Shown here: one piece after another, positions 28,369 to 37,823 of the stretch
Numbering within the stretch: the first letter of the stretch is position 1
How the letters are laid out: each line of letters begins with the position of its first letter
DNA from: Bacteroidales bacterium
Lineage (GTDB): Bacteria; Bacteroidota; Bacteroidia; Bacteroidales; DTU049
DNA: 47,493 nt
NCBI GenBank assembly: GCA_033809015.1
Contig: JAPXMM010000001.1
Coordinates: 1 to 47,493, forward strand
Direction: 5' to 3'
Made by a program: the position numbers and the translations under genes
The notes under the pieces: model-generated
What the model was told of the DNA's origin: nothing
What the model saw: only the letters and a program-made list of their open reading frames with translations
Databases searched by the model: none

Positions 28369-28376
28369 CAAAAATA
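28369..28376 (-). promoter_or_regulatory. -7 box TAnnTTTG for nqrD (minus strand)
   Basis: Plus-strand 'caaaaata' equals minus-strand TATTTTTG, 27 nt upstream of the nqrD ATG. Nothing resembling nqrABC lies upstream. Confidence 0.45.
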
Positions 28377-28631
28377 TAATTTTTTTATTTTTATTATAAT
28401 ATCTTTTTTAAGCAATTAATTGTAACCATTGATATAATGAGTGTTTGATAAAAAAAATGATATTTAACATCTTTTTAAAAAATTATTGTATATTAAATTT
28501 AATAAATCTTTTTTAATTTAATATATATGCAGAGTAGATATTAAATTTTATATTATAAATCTCACATCTAATCCTCAGTGTTCAATATTTTGAAATCTTC
28601 TAATTAAAATTAATTTCTCGTATAAATTTTT

Positions 28632-28639
28632 TAAATTTG
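28632..28639 (+). promoter_or_regulatory. -7 box TAnnTTTG for purF
   Basis: 'taaatttg' ends 10 nt before the ATG at 28650, which implies a very short or absent leader. Confidence 0.45.
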
Positions 28640-28649
28640 CAAAAAACAA

Positions 28650-30564
28650 ATGAGTGAATTTATAGCTCATGAGTGTGGTATAGTGCTACTACGCTTATTA
28701 AAACCATTAGAATATTACATAGAAAAATATAATTGTGCTTATCACGGGCTGGATATGCTATATTTATTGATGGAAAAGCAGCATAATAGAGGACAAGATG
28801 GTGCAGGAGTAGTATCTGTTAAATTGGATTTAGAGCCAGGATATAAATATTTAGATAGAATCAGATCTAATGTAGATTCACCTATAATAGATATTTTTCA
28901 AAAAATATATGAGCCATTACGAGCTTTGGAGATTAATAATTCACCATTATTGTATGATGGAGAATATCTAAAACGAAATATTCCTTTTATTAGTGAATTG
29001 TATCTTGGACATTTGAGATATGGTACCTATGGTAAATATCAGATAGAATATGTACATCCACATTTGCGACAGAGCAACTGGCGTACACGTACTTTGGCTT
29101 TAGCAGGTAACTTTAATCTAACCAATTCAAAGCAATTATTTCAAGATTTAATCAATTATGGTCAGCATCCTATTGAGACTTCAGACACAGTAACTGTATT
29201 AGAAAAATTAGGTTACTATTTAGATGAGATGAATAATGATTTATATGAAAAATATAAAGCTGAGGGATATACTAAAGCTGAGATCTCACCGATGATAGCA
29301 GATAATTTAGATATAGCCTCTATAGTGAAAAAAGCTACACAAAATTTTGATGGTGGATATGTGATAGCTGGAGTTTTAGGACATGGAGATTCGTTTGTGT
29401 TTCGAGATCCACGAGGTATCAGACCAGCATATTATTATATGGATGATGAATTTTTTGTAGTTACTTCAGAAAGACCACCTATACAAACTGCTTTCAATGT
29501 AAAAACTGATGATATAAAAGAAATGCCTGCTGGTCATGTTTTAATTTTGAAAAAAAATAAAGAACTCTCAATAGTTCCCTATGTAGAGCACATTCCTGAG
29601 AAAAAATCTTGCAGTTTCGAACATATATATTTCAGTCGTGGAACAGACAGAGATATTTATAAAGAAAGAAAAATGCTAGGAGCAATGCTTGCAGAACCTA
29701 TACTCAAAGCTATTGACAATGATATAGAAAATACAGTTTTTACTTATATACCCAATACATCTACCGTTGCTTTTTTAGGATTATATGCTGAAATCGAAAA
29801 ATGGTTAGATTCTCAAAAAAAGGAAAAAAATTATAAATTTAATTAATACTGACAAAAACATTACAGATAAGGATTTACGTAATATTCTAAATTTACATGC
29901 ACGCGCTGATACTTTAGTGGTAAAAGATCTCAAACATCGTACTTTTATTACAAAAGAGTCTAAACGCAACGGTTTAGCTAGTCATGTGTATGACGTTACT
30001 TATGATGTGGTGAGACCTAATGTAGATAGGGTAGTAGCTATAGATGATAGTATAGTGCGTGGTACTACTTTGCAAAAAAGTATTATCACTATGCTAAATA
30101 GATTAGAACCTAAAGAAATAATTATAGCTTCTACTGCTCCTCAGATTAGATACCCAGATTGCTATGGAATAGATATGGCAAAATTAGAAGAATTTATTGC
30201 TTTTCAGGCAGCTATCGCACTACTCAAAGAACGCCATCAAAATAAATTGATAAAATATGTTTATGATAAATGCAAACAACAAGATTCATTACCTAATGAT
30301 AAATTAGAAAATTATGTTTCATTGATATATCAACCTTTTACTGATGATGAAATAACACGAAAAATCGAAGAATTAGTTACCCCGCTTGGAAATAAAACTA
30401 AACTAACAATCATCTTTCAAACTCTCGAAGGCCTACATAAAGTCTTGGTAGATAATAAAGGAGATTGGTATTTCACAGGTGATTTTCCAACATTAGGAGG
30501 ATATAGAGTTATTAATAATGCATTTATTAATTATTATGAAGGAAAAGATCAGAGAGCTTATTAG
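28650..30564 (+). pseudogene. purF: Amidophosphoribosyltransferase (long Bacteroidota type) split by a +1 frame change in an A-tract
   Basis: ORF 28650-29846 carries the Ntn-glutaminase domain (propeptide MSEFIAHE, then CGIVLL, NRGQDGAG). ORF 29917-30564 carries the PRTase domain (VVAIDDSIVRGTTL). The second frame is open back to 29809 and reads LKKRKKIINLINTDKNITDKDLRNILNLHARADTLVVKDL. The two frames overlap only across two A7 runs (29815-29821 and 29824-29830). Confidence 0.75.
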
Positions 30565-30613
30565 TAATATTTGTAATTCCTATCATTAAACATAAATTAA
30601 TTAACCAAAAATA

Positions 30614-31903
30614 ATGACATTTGCTGAAGCAGAAAAATATATCATGGAGCAATTACCTATGTATGAAAGACAAGGTAATGCAGGTTATCAAGGTGGTTTA
30701 GAAAAAACATTGTTGCTGCTTGAAAAATTTAATAATCCACATTTGAAATTTCCTTCTATCCATATCGCTGGTACAAATGGCAAAGGTAGCGTAAGTAGTA
30801 TGATTGCTTCTATATTGCAAGAAGCTGGTTACAAAGTTGGTCTATATACTTCGCCACATTTAAAAACTATGCGTGAGAGAATAAAAATAAATGGACAAAT
30901 GATACATGCACGCTGGATAACTAATTTCACAAAAAAAAATTTACAACTAATAGAAAATATAAAACCTAGTTTTTTTGAAATAAATACTGTAATGGCTTTT
31001 TGCTATTTCGCAGCTTCTGATGTAGATATAGCTGTCATAGAAACTGGCCTAGGTGGTAGATTAGATGCTACCAATGTTATTACTCCATTGGTGTCCATTA
31101 TTACTAGTATTTCTTTTGATCATATGAAATTATTAGGTAACACTTTACCAGAAATAGCTGCTGAAAAAGCTGGAATTATTAAGCCTGATGTACCTTGTGT
31201 AATTGGTGAAAAAAATTCAGAAACTATGCCAATTTTTACACAATATGCCCAAAAAAATAACGCTCCTATTAGCTTTGCTGATGATAATTTTTTATCTAAA
31301 AATTTCTTTCAAAACTTATTACCTCCTATAATGAAAGTAGAGCTGCAGGATAAAAACCAAAAGTTATATAAATTAAAATCTCCATTAGTTGGTACAGTGC
31401 AGGTAGATAATATTAAAACTGTACTGTGTACTATAGAAATTTTGAAATCTTACAAATATAAAATTACATATAATAACATCAGAAAAGGTTTTATAAAGTT
31501 AATTGAAAATACGGGTCTATTTGGTAGGTGGAGCTATGTGCCAAATAATGCGCCAATAATAATGGATATCGGGCATAATATATGTGCAGTGAGTAATATA
31601 GTAGAGATACTAAAAAATGTTAAAAAAGAAAGATTGCATATTGTATGGGGAATGATGGCAGATAAAGATGTAGAAGGTATATTAAGATTGCTACCATCAG
31701 ATGCTCAATATTATTTTTGTAGTCCACATGTACCGAGAGCTCTAGACTCGAGAATTTTATTAGAAAAAGCCAAGAACATACATTTAAATGGCAAAGCATA
31801 TAAATCTGTTAAAAGAGCACTATATGAAGCAAAAAGAAATGCAAATTGTAAGGATGTAATATTTGTAGGCGGTAGTGCATTTGTAGTAGCAGAAGCGATG
31901 TGA
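30614..31903 (+). CDS. folC: Folylpolyglutamate synthase / dihydrofolate synthase
   Basis: HIAGTNGKGS P-loop, LYTSPHL, VIETGLGGRLDATN and FDHMKLLG. Confidence 0.9.
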   Translation: MTFAEAEKYIMEQLPMYERQGNAGYQGGLEKTLLLLEKFNNPHLKFPSIHIAGTNGKGSVSSMIASILQEAGYKVGLYTSPHLKTMRERIKINGQMIHARWITNFTKKNLQLIENIKPSFFEINTVMAFCYFAASDVDIAVIETGLGGRLDATNVITPLVSIITSISFDHMKLLGNTLPEIAAEKAGIIKPDVPCVIGEKNSETMPIFTQYAQKNNAPISFADDNFLSKNFFQNLLPPIMKVELQDKNQKLYKLKSPLVGTVQVDNIKTVLCTIEILKSYKYKITYNNIRKGFIKLIENTGLFGRWSYVPNNAPIIMDIGHNICAVSNIVEILKNVKKERLHIVWGMMADKDVEGILRLLPSDAQYYFCSPHVPRALDSRILLEKAKNIHLNGKAYKSVKRALYEAKRNANCKDVIFVGGSAFVVAEAM

Positions 31904-33049
31904 AATAAAGTGGGGGGGGAATGATGGAGAATAAAATTTTTAATGTTTTTAAAATTCAAGTTTTTAGATGATAAAAAATTAATATTTTTGCAAAAAATAA
32001 ATAATTATGAATAAATTATTCGAAAATCCGACAGAAGTATTCGCCTTGTCAAAGGAAGGCACACGTGAGTTATATGACAATCTGTACAATGAAATGATCA
32101 ATGAAGGTAAAGATGTAGTCGACTACCAAGAGCTCAAAGCCATGTCTACTGGTGTATTATGCCCAGATTGTAATAGTAGTCATGTTATTAAAAATGGTTT
32201 GCAAAGTGGAGTACAAAACTATCGTTGCAAAAACTGTGGCAGACAATTCAGAGTTACCACAGGCACCTTTATGTATGGCATTCATGAAAAGGGCAAAATG
32301 TTAGAATATATCAAATGTATGAGTGCTGGCATGAGCTTGAGAGAGTGTGCCAGGAATGTACATATTAGTCTTTCAACAAGTTTCTTTTGGCGGCACAGAA
32401 TATTGTGTGCTATGCAGTCGTTTGAAGATAATGTAAATTTCTTTGGGGTAGTAGAATTAGAAGAGCTACTAATGAATTATTCAGAGAAAGGCAAAAAGAA
32501 ACGAGACAAGAAAGAGCTAAAAAAATTGAAGAAAAAGAAACCAACAAAAGTTGCAGTATTGGCTGCCACAGATAGGAGTGGAAATATTTTGTTTAAAAAA
32601 TTAGAAGATGAAAGAGTGCAGGCCGATCATATATCTGCTTTTCTAAAATCACGAATATCTGAGGATTCGGTGGTGTGTGGCAGCAATAAAAAAGCTTTCA
32701 AGACTGTAACTGCAGAACACATCAAACACAAGGAAATAACTAACAAAAATAATATGAAACGAGGTATATACAGTGTATCAACTGTTCATAAAAAAATAAC
32801 CGATTTTGTAGGCTGGATATATTACAAGTTTCGTGGAGTGGCTACTAAGTATCTAACAAATTACATTATGTGGTTTGTAGTGAAGGGGAAGTATCTGGCT
32901 GAGAAGATTATAGAAGATACGGGGAGGATACTGAATTTGGCAGCGTCGGATAGGCGGGCGTGGGAGCGGTATAGTGATTTAATGTCATCAACATATTTAA
33001 TCTATAACATTTAAATATTTTCATAATCTCTTTCACCTTCACTTTATTT
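31903..33049 (+). mobile_element. Insertion sequence (about 1.15 kb) with a Zn-ribbon plus IS1595-like DDE transposase
   Basis: Imperfect terminal inverted repeats: left 31903-31921 'aaataaagtggggggggaa' versus the reverse complement of 33031-33049 'aaataaagtgaaggtgaaa' (15/19 match, first 10 perfect). Contains a single ORF. Sits in the convergent folC / LptFG-permease intergenic region. Confidence 0.6.
32007..33014 (+). CDS. Transposase (N-terminal Zn-ribbon, IS1595/ISXO2-like catalytic region)
   Basis: CPDCNSSHVIKNG-x8-YRCKNCGRQF zinc ribbon. VAVLAATDRSGNILF, DSVVCGSNKKAF and the ...FRGVATKYLTNYIMWF tail resemble the ISXO2-like DDE domain order. A paralog N-terminus occurs at 47427. Confidence 0.6.
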   Translation: MNKLFENPTEVFALSKEGTRELYDNLYNEMINEGKDVVDYQELKAMSTGVLCPDCNSSHVIKNGLQSGVQNYRCKNCGRQFRVTTGTFMYGIHEKGKMLEYIKCMSAGMSLRECARNVHISLSTSFFWRHRILCAMQSFEDNVNFFGVVELEELLMNYSEKGKKKRDKKELKKLKKKKPTKVAVLAATDRSGNILFKKLEDERVQADHISAFLKSRISEDSVVCGSNKKAFKTVTAEHIKHKEITNKNNMKRGIYSVSTVHKKITDFVGWIYYKFRGVATKYLTNYIMWFVVKGKYLAEKIIEDTGRILNLAASDRRAWERYSDLMSSTYLIYNI

Positions 33050-33205
33050 TATCCTTATTATTTGCTTGCATTGTTATATCATCAGTTCAAAATTGTTGGC
33101 ACAGCAATTATAGTAAGTATTATGTTTGATTGAATTTTATAATATGATTTTAACTGCTACCTCATTATATTTCTATTATAAATACAATTATTTTTTAATT
33201 GATTT

Positions 33206-34288
33206 TTATATTTCTCTATATAGCAAATAACCAGCAATGATAATATATATAAAATTAGGTAACCATGCTGCTACAAATGGTGGTAGTATGCCAGCTACAC
33301 CATATGATACACTAATTTGTTGGAATAAAATATATCCAAAGCTCAAAGATAATCCTATGGCTAGGTTTATACCCAATCCTCCTCGTCTTTTGTTTATTGA
33401 TAGAGCTACTGCTATTATTGTTAATATCATTGCAGCAAAGGGAGAGGCAAATCTATTTTGTCTTTCTACTAATAATTCATTTATATTTTCTGCTCCTCTT
33501 TGTTTTTGTCTTTTTATGAATTTATTCAATTCATTGAAATTCATTGTTTCTAAAAGTGTTGTTTCATATGCTAGGTCACTAGGTGTTATTGGCAATAATG
33601 TATCTATAGTTTTATATCTTTTTAATTGTTCTGTACTGTCTTTGATTTTTCTAATTACTACATCGTTTAATTGCCATTTATTTGTACTATTGTCATATTT
33701 TATATATGAAGACATCATTTTTTGTTTCACTCCAGTTTTGTAATCAATATTATCAATTGAGAGAAATGTACCTTCATAGTCTTTGACATCCCAATTTGCT
33801 AAGTACAAATAAGTATTTTTATCTAATTGCAAATGTATTTGTACTTCTTTTGTTTGAGGATTTCTTTTTACGTAAGTGTTTTCAAAATTAATTCTTCTTT
33901 GATTTGCTGGTGGTAAAATAAAATTTTGTAAAAAAAATGAAAATATTGCTAATAAAATACTAACAGCTAAATATGGTTTTAGGATTCTTTTAAAATCTAT
34001 CCCTATGCTGTACATAGCTATTATTTCAGATTTATTTGCTAGTTTAGAGGTGAAAAATATCACTGATATGAAAATGAATAATGCTGAAAATAAATTGATA
34101 AAATAAGGAATAAAGTTTAAATAATATTGTGTGATTATTAGTGATACTGGGGCATCTTTAGCGATGAATTTATCTATCTTTTCTGATAAATCAAATGCAA
34201 TTATTATGAATATCAATAAAGTAATAGTTAATAAAAAAGTACTAATAAATTTTTTAGCTATATAAAGATCGATTTTTTTAATTCTCAT
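33206..34288 (-). CDS. LptF/LptG-family LPS export permease
   Basis: MRIKKIDLYIAKKF start. Three N-terminal and three C-terminal TM helices around a periplasmic insert. Overlaps the tgt stop by 4 nt (ATGA). Confidence 0.8.
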   Translation of the reverse strand: MRIKKIDLYIAKKFISTFLLTITLLIFIIIAFDLSEKIDKFIAKDAPVSLIITQYYLNFIPYFINLFSALFIFISVIFFTSKLANKSEIIAMYSIGIDFKRILKPYLAVSILLAIFSFFLQNFILPPANQRRINFENTYVKRNPQTKEVQIHLQLDKNTYLYLANWDVKDYEGTFLSIDNIDYKTGVKQKMMSSYIKYDNSTNKWQLNDVVIRKIKDSTEQLKRYKTIDTLLPITPSDLAYETTLLETMNFNELNKFIKRQKQRGAENINELLVERQNRFASPFAAMILTIIAVALSINKRRGGLGINLAIGLSLSFGYILFQQISVSYGVAGILPPFVAAWLPNFIYIIIAGYLLYREI

Positions 34289-35409
34289 AATCTTTTCATG
34301 TAGGTTTCTATTGCTTTAGGATAATATTTATCATAGTCACCTTTGATAATGTGATAACGTATTTCTTGCATCAATCTTATGTAAAATGCTAAATTGTGGT
34401 ATGATGCTATCATAGGACCTAGCATTTCACCTGCTTGAAATAAATGTCTTAAGTATGATTTTGTAGTAGAATGGTCAATCTCTAATGGACTTTGAATATC
34501 TATTGGAGAAAAATCGTTTTTCCATTTTTCATTTTTAATATTAATTATTCCCTCGGTAGTAAATAATTGTCCATTTCTGCCATTCCTAGTAGGTATTACA
34601 CAATCAAACATATCCACTCCTAATGCTACAGCTTGCAATATATTTTCTGGAGTTCCTACTCCCATTAAATACCTGGGTTTATTCTCTGGCAAAATGTTAT
34701 TTACTATTTTTATCATTTCGTACATCATTTCTGCTGGTTCTCCTACGCTCAAACCTCCGATGGCATAACCTAATGTATCAAATTGACTGACGAAGTTAGC
34801 AGCTTTTTCTCTAAGTTCTGGGTAGGTGCTACCTTGTACTATTGGGAATAAATATTGTGGGAAATTGTATTTCGATGGATGCTTTTCCAAATATTCTATA
34901 CATTTTACTAGCCATTTTTGTGTCAGATCAAGTGATTTTTTAGCATATTCATAATCTGCTGGATGTGGTGTGCACTCATCAAATGCCATCATAATATCCG
35001 AACCAATGTATTGTTGAATTTCCATTACTTTTTCTGGTGTAAAAAAATGTTTACTGCCATCTATATGTGAACGAAATTCCACGCCTTCTTCGTTAATTTT
35101 TCTGATATTGGCTAAAGAATACACTTGATATCCACCGCTATCGCTTAATATTGGTTTTTCCCAATTAATGAATTTATGTAATCCATCTGCTTCATATAAT
35201 ATATCTGTACCTGGCCTCAGATACAGATGATAAGTGTTTGCTAATATTATTTGTGCTTTTATTATATTTTTTAAATCATTCCACATTATTCCTTTTACAG
35301 AACCTACCGTCCCTATGGGCATGAATACTGGTGTTTCTATTTCTCCATGTGGCAATTGTAATATTCCAGCTCTAGCTTTACCATTTTTTGATTTAATCTC
35401 AAAACTCAT
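34285..35409 (-). CDS. tgt: tRNA-guanine transglycosylase (queuine tRNA-ribosyltransferase)
   Basis: TPVFMPIGT, LSDSGGYQV, MAFDEC, GLSVGEP and VGTPE, plus the Zn site CVIPTRNGRNG...H. Confidence 0.95.
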   Translation of the reverse strand: MSFEIKSKNGKARAGILQLPHGEIETPVFMPIGTVGSVKGIMWNDLKNIIKAQIILANTYHLYLRPGTDILYEADGLHKFINWEKPILSDSGGYQVYSLANIRKINEEGVEFRSHIDGSKHFFTPEKVMEIQQYIGSDIMMAFDECTPHPADYEYAKKSLDLTQKWLVKCIEYLEKHPSKYNFPQYLFPIVQGSTYPELREKAANFVSQFDTLGYAIGGLSVGEPAEMMYEMIKIVNNILPENKPRYLMGVGTPENILQAVALGVDMFDCVIPTRNGRNGQLFTTEGIINIKNEKWKNDFSPIDIQSPLEIDHSTTKSYLRHLFQAGEMLGPMIASYHNLAFYIRLMQEIRYHIIKGDYDKYYPKAIETYMKRL

Positions 35410-35519
35410 TTTTAGTAGTTAATTTTTATTGAAATTTAGCAAAATTAATAATTATTTGAATCTTGTTTTTATAAATATAAATAGGTAAACAAGTCAAAGA
35501 ATATGAATATTAGAAATTC

Positions 35520-36620
35520 TTAATTAAGAACTTCTTTCACTTTAGTCTCATCAGCTTTATGGTTAATGCTATATTTAGCTTCTATTACTCCATCTTTCAT
35601 AAATACTATTCCAGGATTAGCCCTTATGAGCATTTTGAGAGCTATATCATCTGCAAAGACATAAGGTATTTTTAATTTATAATTATTTAATTGCTGTTCT
35701 ACTAATTTGCTATCAGAGGAAGTAACTAAATAAGTATTGAGATTATATTTTTCTGCTAAGTTAATCCAGTTTTTTAATTTTTCTGAGTTCTTTTGATTAA
35801 TTTTTTCAATATTATAGCTGACTATGAGCATAGTAGGTTTTTTATTTAGCATCACACTATCAGTGATATCATAGCCTGTACTATCATATGTCATAATTAA
35901 TAGTGCAGGTTTTTGAGCTTTTTCTATTCTAGTATCCACGAATTCATGTTCTGCCAGCCATAGGCTATCATCCCACGGATATTGATTAGCTGGATATTCT
36001 TCTAATTGACCTGTATTTTTATTTTTGTAAATGACGAAATATTTATCCTTTAGATTGGGATCAGGCTTTAGGTCTACACCTATTTTATAAGGTAAAAAAT
36101 CTATTATAGGCAAATATGTAAGTCCATATGCTGATACTCCAAATATAAATAATGCTGAAATACCAATTATTATCCACTCCACAGTATTTTTTAACCACGA
36201 TTTTAAATATTTCCTTTGCCATATTACAAAAATTATCGCAGCAGTGATTATAATGTTTTTATAAAATGTATTCCAATTGCTTAGCTTAATAGCATCACCG
36301 AAACATCCACAATCAGACACTGCATTTGTAATAGCTAGATATAGGGTAAGAGGTAAAAAGAATGCCATAAATATCAGAGAACCCCATATAGCATATTTGG
36401 GTTTCAAATTTACTAATAATGAAAAACCTATGATAAACTCTGCTGCTGGAATTAATATAGCAAGGACTAAAGCAAAGGGAATGAAAATATCCCAATTAAA
36501 TGCGATAAAGTAATCTTCTAATTTGAACTGAAACCCCCAAGGATCTACAGCTTTCACAAAACCTGAAAATACAAAAACTAATCCTATTAATATTCTAACA
36601 ATATTTACTACTTTTTTCAT
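35520..36620 (-). CDS. DoxX/MauE-family membrane protein with a C-terminal thioredoxin-fold-like domain
   Basis: Four or five N-terminal TM helices with the SDCGCFGD motif typical of MauE/DoxX-type proteins. Soluble C-terminal half. Confidence 0.55.
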   Translation of the reverse strand: MKKVVNIVRILIGLVFVFSGFVKAVDPWGFQFKLEDYFIAFNWDIFIPFALVLAILIPAAEFIIGFSLLVNLKPKYAIWGSLIFMAFFLPLTLYLAITNAVSDCGCFGDAIKLSNWNTFYKNIIITAAIIFVIWQRKYLKSWLKNTVEWIIIGISALFIFGVSAYGLTYLPIIDFLPYKIGVDLKPDPNLKDKYFVIYKNKNTGQLEEYPANQYPWDDSLWLAEHEFVDTRIEKAQKPALLIMTYDSTGYDITDSVMLNKKPTMLIVSYNIEKINQKNSEKLKNWINLAEKYNLNTYLVTSSDSKLVEQQLNNYKLKIPYVFADDIALKMLIRANPGIVFMKDGVIEAKYSINHKADETKVKEVLN

Positions 36621-36666
36621 AATAATTAATTTTTACAAATTTCTGAAATTTTTTTTAATTATTATT

Positions 36667-36674
36667 TATTTTTG
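36667..36674 (+). promoter_or_regulatory. -7 box TAnnTTTG for rdgB
   Basis: 'tatttttg' ends 8 nt before the ATG at 36683. Confidence 0.4.
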
Positions 36675-36682
36675 CTAAAAAA

Positions 36683-37255
36683 ATGGAAATTGTTTTTGCT
36701 ACACATAATGAAGCTAAAGTTCACGAGATTCAAAATCTCATTGGTGAAAAAATTAAAATATTAAGCTTAACAGATATAGGGTATATAGAAGAAATCCCCG
36801 AGACTGGTAGTACATTTAATGAAAATGCTTTTATAAAAGCTAATACAATATATCAAATTTATAAAAAACCTATTTTTGCAGATGATTCTGGACTAGAAGT
36901 TAAAGCTTTGGATGGCAGGCCAGGTGTTTATTCTGCTAGATATGCTGGCATAGGTTTAGAAAATTTCGAACCACATATTATTAAATTATTGAAAGAATTG
37001 GATGGTGTAGAAGATCGCAGAGCAAGATTCAGAACAGTTATTTGTCTGATTATCAATGAAAAAACTTATTATTTCGAAGGAATAATTAATGGGAAAATAA
37101 TAGATTATCCTCGCGGCAATAATGGTTTCGGTTATGACCCTATTTTTGTACCTGATGGTTATGATAAGACATTTGCAGAGATGAACTTAGATGAGAAGAA
37201 TACCATAAGTCATCGATCACAAGCTATAAATAAAATGTTAAAATTTTTAATGTAA
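36683..37255 (+). CDS. rdgB: Non-canonical purine NTP pyrophosphatase (RdgB/HAM1 family)
   Basis: IVFATHNEAKVHE, ADDSGLEVKALDGRPGVYSARY, GFGYDPIF and ISHRSQA. Confidence 0.9.
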   Translation: MEIVFATHNEAKVHEIQNLIGEKIKILSLTDIGYIEEIPETGSTFNENAFIKANTIYQIYKKPIFADDSGLEVKALDGRPGVYSARYAGIGLENFEPHIIKLLKELDGVEDRRARFRTVICLIINEKTYYFEGIINGKIIDYPRGNNGFGYDPIFVPDGYDKTFAEMNLDEKNTISHRSQAINKMLKFLM

Positions 37256-37273
37256 GAATATAATAAATTATTT

Positions 37274-37467
37274 GAAATAGGCGTTTAGATAATAAATTTT
37301 GCTAAAAAATTTTTTTTGTAATAATGTAAAACGCTGATATTGATTTTTATCTCTTCCTGTCCGCATTGGGAAATGATTTGCACCAAAACGATGTACCGTC
37401 AACATCCTTGTTGATAAAATATGATTTTTTTTCATAGTTAGAAAAGATAGATTTTATAAAAAAGAAT
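37274..37467. repeat. MITE-like intergenic repeat, copy 5a (left part only)
   Basis: 37274-37382 is a near-identical direct repeat of 37469-37577: 'aaataggcgtttagataataaattt(t/g)gctaaaaaattttttt(t)gtaataatgtaaaacgctgatat(t/c)gatttttatctcttcctgtccgcattgggaaatgatttgc'. Confidence 0.8.
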
Positions 37468-37468
37468 T

Positions 37469-37808
37469 TAAATAGGCGTTTAGATAATAAATTTGGCTAA
37501 AAAATTTTTTTGTAATAATGTAAAACGCTGATATCGATTTTTATCTCTTCCTGTCCGCATTGGGAAATGATTTGCTATAAAACAAGCAAGCCGTTTAGGG
37601 CAAAAGGTTTTACACTGTCTCAAGCAAGCTTTAGCTTGCGAGTTTGTAAACCCCAATGGATGATTGCGTATGTTTTATCAAATCATTTCCCCAGCGGAGA
37701 CTTTTTTTGTTACTTTTTTGTGTAGTTGACAAAAAAGTAAAATATAATTAAAACGTTATTACTATTACATTAATACTAATAATTTAGTTATTTATTAAAC
37801 GCCTAATT
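37469..37808. repeat. MITE-like intergenic repeat, copy 5b (full length, with terminal inverted repeats)
   Basis: Left end is 'aaataggcgtttagataataaattt'. The reverse complement of the right end (37779-37808) is 'aattaggcgtttaataaataactaaatt'. Contains the 145-nt foldback and a 12-bp hairpin 'ttacttttttgt gtagttg acaaaaaagtaa' at 37711-37741. Confidence 0.7.
37554..37698. repeat. 145-nt extended foldback (hairpin) element nested in repeat copy 5b
   Basis: 'tccgcattgggaaatgatttgctataaaaca' pairs with 'tgttttatcaaatcatttccccagcgga'. Inner pairings are gcaagcc.ttt.ggg / ccc.aa.gg....ttgc, ggtttt.aca / tgtaaacc, and ctcaagcaagc-ttta-gcttgcgag. Confidence 0.7.
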
Positions 37809-37823
37809 ATATAAATTATATTC

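Noticed and set aside
29847-29916. Treating the purF halves as two genuine separate genes (a split enzyme).
   Set aside because: The second frame is open through the gap back to 29809 with sensible sequence. The second ORF also lacks its own promoter box or an ATG (a GTG is called). This favours a frameshift in a single gene.
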